Part shown: piece by piece, positions 9,728 through 18,330 of the stretch | Layout of the letters: every line of letters starts with the position of its first letter | How positions within the stretch are numbered: the stretch's first letter is position 1 | Assembly: GCA_965243025.1 (NCBI GenBank) | Contig: CBDETY010000003.1 | Span: 2,016,001-2,080,000, forward strand | Source: Candidatus Latescibacterota bacterium | GTDB taxonomy: Bacteria; Latescibacterota; UBA2968; UBA8231 | Reading direction: 5' to 3' | DNA length: 64,000 nucleotides | Program-made: the position numbers and the translations under genes | Notes under the pieces: generated by a model | Seen by the model: only the letters and a program-made list of their open reading frames with translations | Database searches by the model: none | Told to the model about the DNA's origin: nothing

Positions 9728-10813
9728 ATGAACGACAGCACATACAAGGCCGCCATCATCGGCTGCGGCCGTCTCGGGCAGCATTACGGCTGGTGCTACC
9801 AGACCTTCCCCGACACCGAGATCGTCGCCATCGCCGAGCACAACCCGGAACGGCGGCGGCGGGTCGGCGAGGTGTTCGGCGTCGACGCCCTCTTCCCCGA
9901 CGCCGAAAGCCTGCTGAAGGAGGTCGTCCCGGACGTCGCCTCGGTGGTTACGCCGACGAAATACATGAAGGACGCGGTCATCGCCTGCGCCGAAGCCGGC
10001 GTCAGGGGGGTGACCACGGACAAGCCGATCGCCGCCCGGCTCTCCGACGCCGACGAGATGATCGCCGCCTGCGAGTCGCGCGGGGTGGTGTTCGGAGGGG
10101 GCAACCTGCAGCGGGCCATGCACGAGGTGCAGGAAGCGAACCGCCGGTTTCTCCGCAGCGGCGAGCTCGGTGAGCTGCGCGGGGCCGCGGTCCACTCCTG
10201 GGGGGGCGAGATCTCCGGGGGCGGGTGCCAGCATATCTGCGTGCTCACCCTGTTCGCCGGCGCCCCCGTCGAGGAGGTGATTGCCTGGGGGTCCCCGCCC
10301 GAAGCGCTCGACCAGGAGGACGACAAGGGACTCGTCATCAACGGGCGCTTCCGCCTCTCCAACGGTCTCGAGTGCCAGGTTTTCGGCCAGCCCACTCCCT
10401 CGAGGGGGGTCGACGTCTGGACGGAGGAGGGCCTGGTGCGCTGGGACTGGAACCCGCCCGAGGTCTACCGGGGGGTCGAGGCCGGCGGCGGGCGCCGCAA
10501 GCTCGAGTTCGAATACAGCAAGCAGGACTGGCCCGAGTTCTACTACATGGCCAGCTCCCTGCGCTCCTTCCTGGCGACCGTGGCCGGCGAGGGGGAGCTC
10601 TACATCTCCGGCGACAACCTCCGCCACGCCCTCGAGGTCGCCATCGCCTGCAAGCAGTCCGCCCTTCTCGGGAACGTCCCGGTGTCGCTGCCGCTCGAGG
10701 ACCGCTCCCTGGAGCTGAAGCCGCGGTTCTACCGCTGGCTGGGCGGGGATGCCGAGGGCAGGCCGCAGGAGGTATCCGACATCCCTGTCGAGGCCCCGGA
10801 CCACCGCCGGTGA
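9728..10813 (+). CDS. Gfo/Idh/MocA family oxidoreductase
   Basis: N-terminal IIGCGRLG Rossmann motif; DKPIA variant of the EKP motif. Confidence 0.85.
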   Translation: MNDSTYKAAIIGCGRLGQHYGWCYQTFPDTEIVAIAEHNPERRRRVGEVFGVDALFPDAESLLKEVVPDVASVVTPTKYMKDAVIACAEAGVRGVTTDKPIAARLSDADEMIAACESRGVVFGGGNLQRAMHEVQEANRRFLRSGELGELRGAAVHSWGGEISGGGCQHICVLTLFAGAPVEEVIAWGSPPEALDQEDDKGLVINGRFRLSNGLECQVFGQPTPSRGVDVWTEEGLVRWDWNPPEVYRGVEAGGGRRKLEFEYSKQDWPEFYYMASSLRSFLATVAGEGELYISGDNLRHALEVAIACKQSALLGNVPVSLPLEDRSLELKPRFYRWLGGDAEGRPQEVSDIPVEAPDHRR

Positions 10814-12528
10814 GGAGCGATCTCGACATCGCCCGGGCAGCGACCCCGAGGCAGATCACCGAGATCGCCGCCGACCTCGGGCTTTCTCCGGACGACATCG
10901 ACCTGTACGGCCGCTACAAGGCGAAGGTCCACCTCGACCTCCCTGGAAAGGGTGAACCGGCAGGAGGGGCCAGGTACGTCGTCGTCACCGCGATGACCCC
11001 GACCCGCCACGGCGAGGGCAAGACGACGACAACCGTCGGTCTCAGCCAGGCGCTCAACGCCCTCGGAGAACGCTCGATCGCCACCATCCGGCAGCCCTCG
11101 ATGGGACCGACCTTCGGCATCAAGGGGGGAGCCGCCGGGGGCGGCCACGCGCAGGTGATCCCGATGGAGGAGCTCAACCTGCACCTGACCGGGGACATCC
11201 ACGCCGTCACCTCGGCGCACAGCCTGCTCGCCGCGGGGGTCGACGCCCGCCTCTACCACGAGGAGCGCCTCGACGACAAGCGCCTGGGGCGCCGCGGCCT
11301 GAAGCGGCTCGACATCGATCCCGGGGCCGTCACCTGGAAGCGGGTCGTCGACATGGGGGACCGCGCCCTGCGCGACATCGTCGTCAGCGACGGCGGCGAA
11401 GGGGTGCGGCGGCGCAGCGGCTACGACATCAGCGCCGCCTCCGAGGTGATGGCGATCCTGGCGCTTGCTTCCGGGCTGCCGGACCTGCGCCGGCGGCTCG
11501 GGCGCATCGTCGTCGGTTTCGACCGGGCCGGCAAGCCGGTGACCGCCGAGGACCTCGGGGCCGCCGGCGCCATGGCGGTCCTGCTCAAGGACGCGATGAT
11601 GCCCAACCTGCTGCAGACCCTCGAGAACAGCCCTGTCCTCGTCCACGCCGGTCCCTTCGCCAACATCGCCCACGGCAACAGCTCCATCGTCGCCGACGAT
11701 ATCGCCCTGCGCCTGCTGGAAACCGGGTACCTCGTCACCGAGAGCGGATTCGGCGCCGACTGCGGCTTCGAGAAGTTCTGCCACGTCAAGTGCCGCTACT
11801 CCGGCCTCGCGCCGGACTGCGCCGTCATCGTCGCCACGGTGCGCGCCGTCAAGTCCCACGGCGGAGCTCCCGCGAGGGCCCGCGACCCGGGGGAAGCCCG
11901 GGAGAGGGAGTGGCTGGAGAAGGGGCTCGCCAACCTCGCCGCCAACATCGGCATCGTGCGCCGGTTCGGGGTTCCCGCGGTGGTCGCCGTCAACCGCTTC
12001 AGCGGCGACACCGACGCCGAGGTCGGCCGCCTCATCGAGGCGTCCCTCGCACATGGAGCCGAAGCCGCCTGCGCCTGCGAGGTCTGGGAGCACGGCGGCG
12101 CGGGAGGCGCCGACCTCGCCAGGGCGGTGATCGATTGCTGCGCGTCCGGTTCGGAATTCCGGATGCTCTACGGGGAGGAGACGCCGCTGCGCGAGAAGAT
12201 CGAAACCGTGGCCGCTCAGGTGTACGGGGCGTCGGGAGTCGCCTTTGCCCCGGAAGCGGAGAAGAGCATCGAGCGCTGCGAGCGGCTCGGTTTCGGAGCC
12301 CTTCCCGTCAACATGGCCAAGACCCACCTGTCGCTTTCGCACGACCCGGAGCTGAGGGGGGTCCCCTCCGGCTTCGAGCTGCCGGTGAGGGACGTCGCCC
12401 TTTCCGCCGGGGCAGGTTTCCTCGTCCCCCTGTGCGGGGAGATCCGCCGCATGCCGGGGCTGCCCTCGCGGCCGGCGTTCATGAACCTCGACCTCGACGA
12501 AGAGGGTCAGGTGGTGGGACTGACCTGA
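10810..12528 (+). CDS. fhs: Formate--tetrahydrofolate ligase
   Basis: GTG start overlapping the upstream stop (GTGA); TPTRHGEGKTT, GIKGGAAGGG, NLHLTGDIHA, VHAGPFANIAHGNSS and MPGLP motifs. Confidence 0.96.
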   Translation: MRSDLDIARAATPRQITEIAADLGLSPDDIDLYGRYKAKVHLDLPGKGEPAGGARYVVVTAMTPTRHGEGKTTTTVGLSQALNALGERSIATIRQPSMGPTFGIKGGAAGGGHAQVIPMEELNLHLTGDIHAVTSAHSLLAAGVDARLYHEERLDDKRLGRRGLKRLDIDPGAVTWKRVVDMGDRALRDIVVSDGGEGVRRRSGYDISAASEVMAILALASGLPDLRRRLGRIVVGFDRAGKPVTAEDLGAAGAMAVLLKDAMMPNLLQTLENSPVLVHAGPFANIAHGNSSIVADDIALRLLETGYLVTESGFGADCGFEKFCHVKCRYSGLAPDCAVIVATVRAVKSHGGAPARARDPGEAREREWLEKGLANLAANIGIVRRFGVPAVVAVNRFSGDTDAEVGRLIEASLAHGAEAACACEVWEHGGAGGADLARAVIDCCASGSEFRMLYGEETPLREKIETVAAQVYGASGVAFAPEAEKSIERCERLGFGALPVNMAKTHLSLSHDPELRGVPSGFELPVRDVALSAGAGFLVPLCGEIRRMPGLPSRPAFMNLDLDEEGQVVGLT

Positions 12529-12698
12529 TCCGGCGGCGGCTGCCGGAGGTCTCGGAGCTCATCGAGTTTCAGCCCCGCAACAAGGACCGGCCCCGGACCC
12601 AGGTTGGTGGGGGTTACAGCGGTAGAAATGCAGCGGGCGGACGCCGCGTCCGGAACATCCGGCGCCAGCGCCCGCCCGGGAAATCGACTACCTGGCCC

Positions 12699-13226
12699 TC
12701 ATGCCTCTTGCGCGGCCGCCATGGCAGCCAGCAGCGCCCCGACGTCGTACTCAACCCCGCCCACCGTCACTGTGCCTCCATACGGAGGGTCCGCCGACAG
12801 GTCGACGGTCATGTCGACGTTGATGTCCACCGGAGCTTCATACGCTTCGCCGCTTCCCACCAGGTCCCCCTTCAGGGTCGGCGGCTGAGCGGCCCCGTCG
12901 AAGGTCAGCTCGCCGTTGAGGACGAGCTGCCCGTCCTGGGTAAAATCCTCCAGCGTCATCACGTTGTCGGCAATCGTAATCGTTCCTCCGGTCTCTCCTT
13001 CGATGGTGCCGCCTCCCACGGCGAGTTTCACGAACGCTTCCTGCATTACAGGAACGAGCTTGCCGAACAATTCAGTCGCCCGCGCCTGGGCGGCCGCCTG
13101 GTCTTCTTCCGTGGTATCCGGTTCGGTCGGACCGGTTTCCTCGTCGTCGCCGCACGCCAGGAACAGGGACATGATGCCGATCAGCATCCAGGTATGGCGG
13201 CGGCGGCCTGCAAGACGTAGTCTCAT
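12699..13226 (-). CDS. Hypothetical acidic lipoprotein
   Basis: AGGAGG 9 nt before ATG at 13226; basic N-region, hydrophobic stretch, lipobox LFLA-C followed by GDDEE. Confidence 0.7.
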   Translation of the reverse strand: MRLRLAGRRRHTWMLIGIMSLFLACGDDEETGPTEPDTTEEDQAAAQARATELFGKLVPVMQEAFVKLAVGGGTIEGETGGTITIADNVMTLEDFTQDGQLVLNGELTFDGAAQPPTLKGDLVGSGEAYEAPVDINVDMTVDLSADPPYGGTVTVGGVEYDVGALLAAMAAAQEA

Positions 13227-13370
13227 TTCGATCATCCTCCTTTTGGCAGGTTCGCCCGCATCGTCTGCGGCCCGGTGGTCGATAAATCCGTCACAAAAAT
13301 AGCCCATTGACCGCATGATGCGAGCGCTGCGATCCACACCCGGCCTGACGCCCCGGTCCCGATCCCGGAA

Positions 13371-14195
13371 ATGAACCCCTTTCGCATCGACACCCCTTCC
13401 GCCGATCACCTCGCCCGTTTCGACGAGGATGGATACATCCCGTTCGAGGATGTCATGAGGGACGGTTACCGCGAGTCCCTGGTCGACGAAGTCCTCGCCC
13501 GCGATCCGGCGAGGGAATTCCTGGCGCTTTCCGGGGCGGAGCGCAGCCGGCTCCCCGACCCGACCCGCTATTTCGAACGCCCCTGGAACGACCGCGGTCC
13601 GTGCTCGGACGCCCTGATCGACGCCCCTCTGGTCACCGCCCTGCTGGAGAGGACTGTCGGCCCGGAGTACCACTTCTGCCATTCGGCGATGAACCTCGCC
13701 CTTGCCGGTGCCGGGCCGGTTCCGCTCCACCAGGACCACCACCACTGGGACCACGACAACCCGGTCAACCTGGCCGAACGGAGCCGCTACTACATCCAGT
13801 TGCTCTACTACCCGAACGGCTTCGCCCGCGGCGACCGCAGCCTCTGCGTGGTTCCCGGCAGCCACCGCGTCGACCCGACCCCGGAGGTGACCCCCGAGCG
13901 CCTGCTCTCCGGCGAGCTCGACCGCGAAGCCGGCCGCAGGCTCGAGCTCGTGCAGTTCGAGCTGCCCCCGGGCAGCTTCGTGTACCTCAACGCCCGCATG
14001 TTCCACGGGGTCGACCCCAAGGGGCCGGATTCGCCGCAGCCGTTCCGCATCTTCCTGATCGACATCTTCAAGCAGGCCGGGCCGCCCCACCGCTACACGC
14101 AGGAGATCCCCGCAGAGTGGATGGCCCGGGCGAACCCGCACCGCCGGCGGCTGTTCGCCCGCGAGCCATACACCGAGGGCTGCTGGCAGCAGTAG
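13371..14195 (+). CDS. Phytanoyl-CoA dioxygenase (PhyH) family Fe(II)/2OG dioxygenase
   Basis: FDEDGY, LHQD, VVPGSH and MFHG motifs. Confidence 0.88.
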   Translation: MNPFRIDTPSADHLARFDEDGYIPFEDVMRDGYRESLVDEVLARDPAREFLALSGAERSRLPDPTRYFERPWNDRGPCSDALIDAPLVTALLERTVGPEYHFCHSAMNLALAGAGPVPLHQDHHHWDHDNPVNLAERSRYYIQLLYYPNGFARGDRSLCVVPGSHRVDPTPEVTPERLLSGELDREAGRRLELVQFELPPGSFVYLNARMFHGVDPKGPDSPQPFRIFLIDIFKQAGPPHRYTQEIPAEWMARANPHRRRLFAREPYTEGCWQQ

Positions 14196-14203
14196 GCCCC
14201 CCC

Positions 14204-15127
14204 ATGGCAGCGATAACCGTTCTCGGCAGCTTCGTCGTCGGCATCACCGTGCGGGTGCCGCGCATGCCGGTGCCCGGGGAAGGGCTGATCGGCGATCTCT
14301 TCGACCTGGGGCCCGGCGGCAAGGGGACCAACCAGGCGGTCGGGGCCGCCCGCCTCGGCGCCGACGTCAGCCTCATCGCCTGCATCGGCGACGACCTGTT
14401 CGCCCCGGTCGCCGACGAGCTGTTCGAGCAGGAGGGGATCTGCCGCGAGCACATCCACCGCATCCCGGGAATCAACACCGCGGTCGGCATGGTGACCGTC
14501 CTGCCCTCCGGGGAGAACGCCATCGTCGGGCATCTCGGGGCCAACATGGAAATGCGCCCCGAACAGGTCGAGGCGGCCGCCGGCCTGATCGCCGCAAGCG
14601 ACATCGTCATGACCCAGTTCGAGGTGCCCCCCGAGGCGGTCGAGCGGGCCATGGAGCTGGGCCGCAGGCACGGAGCCCTGACCCTGCTCAACCCGGCCCC
14701 GGCGCGGGCGGTCGAGCCGCGGCAGCTCGCCGACGTCGACCTCATGACCCCGAACGAGACGGAGGCCCGCATCCTGCTGGGGCTGGCCCCGGACGATCCC
14801 GCCCCGACCGCGGAACTGGCGCGCCGGCTTCTCGATCTCGGGGTCGGGCGCATCGTCGTAACCCTGGGGAAGCGCGGCTCCCTGATCGTAACTGCCGAAG
14901 GAATCGTCGAAATTCCCGCGCCCCGGATCGACGCGGTCGACGCCACCGGCGCGGGCGACAGCTTCAACGCCGCCCTGGCCACCGGCCTGGGAGAGGGGCT
15001 GCGGCTGCCGGATGCGGTGGAGCGGGCCAACTTCGCCGGGGCCTTCTGCGCCACCCGGCTCGGGGTCGTCGACGGCCTCCCGGCCCGCGCCGAGCTCGAC
15101 GGTTTCATCGCCGCCAACCGGGCCTGA
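14204..15127 (+). CDS. rbsK: Ribokinase (PfkB family)
   Basis: ATG at 14204; GGKGTNQAV, LNPAPA, TPNETEA and DATGAGDSF motifs. Confidence 0.88.
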   Translation: MAAITVLGSFVVGITVRVPRMPVPGEGLIGDLFDLGPGGKGTNQAVGAARLGADVSLIACIGDDLFAPVADELFEQEGICREHIHRIPGINTAVGMVTVLPSGENAIVGHLGANMEMRPEQVEAAAGLIAASDIVMTQFEVPPEAVERAMELGRRHGALTLLNPAPARAVEPRQLADVDLMTPNETEARILLGLAPDDPAPTAELARRLLDLGVGRIVVTLGKRGSLIVTAEGIVEIPAPRIDAVDATGAGDSFNAALATGLGEGLRLPDAVERANFAGAFCATRLGVVDGLPARAELDGFIAANRA

Positions 15128-15138
15128 CAGGAGAAGAG

Positions 15139-16422
15139 ATGGGCAGCCAATACCAGTACGCCGGCCTGAGAAACGCCAGGTCCCCCGGGCTGCCGGTCGA
15201 GGTCTGCAGCGCCCGCCTGCACCGCCTCGCCCATGCCGAGTCCCGCCTGATGTTCCTCGAGGCCGCCCACGTCATCAGCACCCCCGAACGGGACGTGAAG
15301 GCCCTGCTCTCCCGCTGCCAGTACGAGGACGGCCAGCACGCCGACCGCCTCCGCCACAGGCTCACCGAGCTGCGGGTTTCCCGGCGGCGGGCGTTCGAGG
15401 AGCCGGACCCCGATCTCGACGTCCTCTTCGACGAGGCCATGCACTCGCGCGGAACCGCGGAGCTGCTGGCCGCCCTGGCCCTGGTCATCAAGCCGGCCAT
15501 GGTCGAGGCCTACCGCCGCTACGAGCGGGAGACCAACGGGCTCGCCGACTACGGCAGCCTGCGGGCCCTGCGGGAGATCGTTGCCGAGGAGGAGGAGGGG
15601 CTCGCCCTGCTGCGCCCGGCGTACGCCGACGCGGTCGGGTCGTCGGCCCGGTCGCGGGCCCTCGCGGAGGAATGGGCCGCGCACCTGCGGCAGCTGCTCG
15701 AGGCGGCCGGAGGCATCGACGGCAGCGGCGAAAAACGCCCGGAAGGGCTGCGCACCAGCCGCGGCGGTTCCCCCTACCGGATTCGGCGGCAGCAGGCCTG
15801 GGACGACACCTTCCCGAAGGTGTGGGACATCGAGCATGTCGGCGAGGAGGAGGTGCCCCCGCGCCTGGCGCAGATGATCTGCACCCGCCTCGGAGAGCTC
15901 ACCATCGCCGAGGCGCTCTCGTTCGTGCTCTGCGAGACCGCCGGGCAGCCCTGGCAGTTCTACGTCGACGTCTCGCGCCACATGTGGGACGAGATGCGCC
16001 ACTCCCTGTTCGGGGAGGCGGCCATCGAGGAGCTGCTCGGGGACCGCGCCGCCCTGCCCCTGCGGGAATGGGAGACGGAGTACCTCTACAAGCTCGAGCC
16101 GCTGCCCCTGTACGCCATGCTCTGCGACGTCGAGTCCGGGCTGATGAAGTACCCGCCGGGCAAGCGCTTCGAGTACGAGTTCTGCCGCGACCGGGCGCGC
16201 CACCCGCTGATGACGACCCTGCAGGACTTCGACTGGGCCGACGAGGTGCTGCACGTCCACATCGCCCGCCGCCGCCTCAAGGACTGGTTCCCGGGCTCGC
16301 AGAAGGAGCTGGCCGCCCTGGCCGCCGACGGCATCGAGGCCCGCACCCGGGCCCGCGAGAAGCATCCGCCGTCGCCGCTGCCCGACATCGCCGCCCCCCT
16401 GTCCGCGAGGAAGCGGCCGTGA
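15139..16422 (+). CDS. Ferritin-like (di-iron carboxylate type) protein, probably two helical bundles, DUF455-like
   Basis: Helical protein with YEDGQH, WDEMRH and ADEVLH motifs; operonic with ribokinase and PhyH genes. Confidence 0.65.
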   Translation: MGSQYQYAGLRNARSPGLPVEVCSARLHRLAHAESRLMFLEAAHVISTPERDVKALLSRCQYEDGQHADRLRHRLTELRVSRRRAFEEPDPDLDVLFDEAMHSRGTAELLAALALVIKPAMVEAYRRYERETNGLADYGSLRALREIVAEEEEGLALLRPAYADAVGSSARSRALAEEWAAHLRQLLEAAGGIDGSGEKRPEGLRTSRGGSPYRIRRQQAWDDTFPKVWDIEHVGEEEVPPRLAQMICTRLGELTIAEALSFVLCETAGQPWQFYVDVSRHMWDEMRHSLFGEAAIEELLGDRAALPLREWETEYLYKLEPLPLYAMLCDVESGLMKYPPGKRFEYEFCRDRARHPLMTTLQDFDWADEVLHVHIARRRLKDWFPGSQKELAALAADGIEARTRAREKHPPSPLPDIAAPLSARKRP

Positions 16423-17234
16423 CCGCGGCGACGATCGCAGTCGGCGAAGAACAGGCGGCGTTCTTCCGCGAACACGGCTACCTCGTGATCGAGGCGATCA
16501 CGACCCCGCGGGAGGTGGCGGAGCTGCGCGCCGTCTTCGACCGGCTGTTCGCCGAGCGGGCCGGCAGGGAGGAGGGGAACCAGTACGATCTCGCCGGCAC
16601 CGACGAGGAGGACCGGCCCGCCCGCCTGCCCCAGATCGTCAACCCGGTCAATTACGACGAAGCGCTGCGGGACACCCTGTTCCGCGCCAACGCCGCGGCG
16701 GCCGGCAGGGGCCTGCTCGGGGAGGAGGCCGGGTTCCAGGGGGAGCACGCCATCGTCAAGCCGCCCGGGATCGGCGGGGCGGCCCCGTGGCACCAGGACG
16801 AGGCGTACTGGAAGGAGGAGCTGGAGTACGACAGTCTCAGCGTCTGGCTGGCCCTGCAGGACACGACCGTGGAAAACGGCTGCATGCAGTTCATACCCGG
16901 CAGCCACGGGCAGGAGGTCCTCCCCCATCACACCATCGGCGGCGACCCGAGGATCCACGGCCTCGAGGTGGACGAGGTCGATCCCTCCGCGGCGGTAGCG
17001 TGCCCGGTACCGGCCGGCGGGGCGACCATCCACCACTGCCGCACCCTGCACTTCACCGGCCCCAACCGCACCGGCGAGACCCGGCGGGCCTACATCCACA
17101 CCTGGGCGGCCCCGTACAGGAAGCGGGAAACGCGGCGCGACTTCTACTGGCAGCAGAGCCGCAGGACGGCGCGCGACGAGCGGCGCCGCAAGGCCGGGAC
17201 CGTGTCGGTCTCGTCCGGGCGGGTCCCGGACTGA
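16419..17234 (+). CDS. PhyH family dioxygenase
   Basis: GTG start overlapping the upstream stop; FFREHGY, PWHQDEAY, NGCMQFIPGSH and TLHFTGPN motifs. Confidence 0.9.
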   Translation: MTAATIAVGEEQAAFFREHGYLVIEAITTPREVAELRAVFDRLFAERAGREEGNQYDLAGTDEEDRPARLPQIVNPVNYDEALRDTLFRANAAAAGRGLLGEEAGFQGEHAIVKPPGIGGAAPWHQDEAYWKEELEYDSLSVWLALQDTTVENGCMQFIPGSHGQEVLPHHTIGGDPRIHGLEVDEVDPSAAVACPVPAGGATIHHCRTLHFTGPNRTGETRRAYIHTWAAPYRKRETRRDFYWQQSRRTARDERRRKAGTVSVSSGRVPD

Positions 17235-17247
17235 AGCGGCCGCGCCC

Positions 17248-18063
17248 TCAGTTGGCGCGGAAGGAGGTCTTCTCCCGCTCTTCCCCCGCCCCCGGGGCGA
17301 CCATGAAGCCCCAGTGCTCGAGCTTCTCGAGCCAGCCGGCGCGCTTCTCGCTGTTGCCGGGATTCGACGCCCAGTGCGGGTTGACGAACGGCGCCGGGGC
17401 CAATGCCTCGACGCAGTGCCCCGCCCGCCAGCGCATCCCCTTCTCCTCTTCCTGGGACTGCGGGCTCCTGTAGTAGACGACCGTGCACATGCGCCTGCCC
17501 GCGGCGCCGCCGCAGCTGGCGTGCCACAGGCGCACGTCGAACCCGATGAGGTCCCCGGGCTGCGACGCGCAGACGTGGCAGGGCACCCCGCGGATATCGG
17601 CCTCGCGGGTGTTCGCGTTGTCGACGGAGGTCCCGAACGGGTTGCGGTGGGAGCCGGGGATCACCCGCAGGGCCCCGGACTCGGGTCCGACCGGATCGAG
17701 GTAGTACGCGAACTTAATGCCGAAACAGTCCCTCTCGACGTCGATGAAGTGGTCGGGGTGCCAGCGCGAGTCGCCGACGTAGCGGTTGGCGTCGCTGGTG
17801 ATCGGGAAGCAGTCCCCGTAGAGCTGCTCGGCGATCCCGTACAGCCGCGGGTCCTCGGGAAGGCCGGCGAAGAAGGGGGTATCCTCCCCCGTCAGCATGG
17901 CCGAGTGCCGCTTGCTGCCGTCGAACGGGTCGTCGGCGTACAGGGCGTCGAGGGCGGTCTCGAACTCGCCGCTTGCCCTCTGCACCTCCCGCGGCGAGAA
18001 GAACTGCCGCAGGACGATGAAACCGAAGGTCTCGAAGTGCCGGTGCTGTTCCCGGGTGAGCAT
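17248..18063 (-). CDS. PhyH family dioxygenase
   Basis: HFETFGF, WHPDH, LRVIPGSH and LWHAS motifs. Confidence 0.88.
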   Translation of the reverse strand: MLTREQHRHFETFGFIVLRQFFSPREVQRASGEFETALDALYADDPFDGSKRHSAMLTGEDTPFFAGLPEDPRLYGIAEQLYGDCFPITSDANRYVGDSRWHPDHFIDVERDCFGIKFAYYLDPVGPESGALRVIPGSHRNPFGTSVDNANTREADIRGVPCHVCASQPGDLIGFDVRLWHASCGGAAGRRMCTVVYYRSPQSQEEEKGMRWRAGHCVEALAPAPFVNPHWASNPGNSEKRAGWLEKLEHWGFMVAPGAGEEREKTSFRAN

Positions 18064-18330
18064 CTCCCGCTCCTTTCGACGCTTGAATCTCCTGACGTTC
18101 CTCGTGTTCCGGTCCGAATAAGGAAACGGTTCCGGAGCGGAAAGTCACTCAGGAGATGCCATCCGGCTGCGGAATCTGCCCGAGTAGATCTGAAGCCCTG
18201 GAACATCCGGGTGGCCACTTATGCACCAGAATGCGCAGGCAACGGCGGCTGCTTGTCGCCGCCTGCTCCCCTGCCCACTATTGGCCGCCGTGCCAACCCG
18301 GCAGAAATCCCGGGGAAAAGGGGAAATATC

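Noticed and set aside
10225-10809. Apparent long N-terminal extension of Fhs (likewise for track ORFs starting at 13601, 15012, 17314, 34475, 54316 and 59213)
   Set aside because: Arg/Pro-rich off-frame translation overlapping upstream genes; real starts are at downstream ATG/GTG codons with overlap coupling or an RBS
14068-16365. 765-aa minus-strand ORF
   Set aside because: Antisense to ribokinase and ferritin-like genes; no recognisable domain
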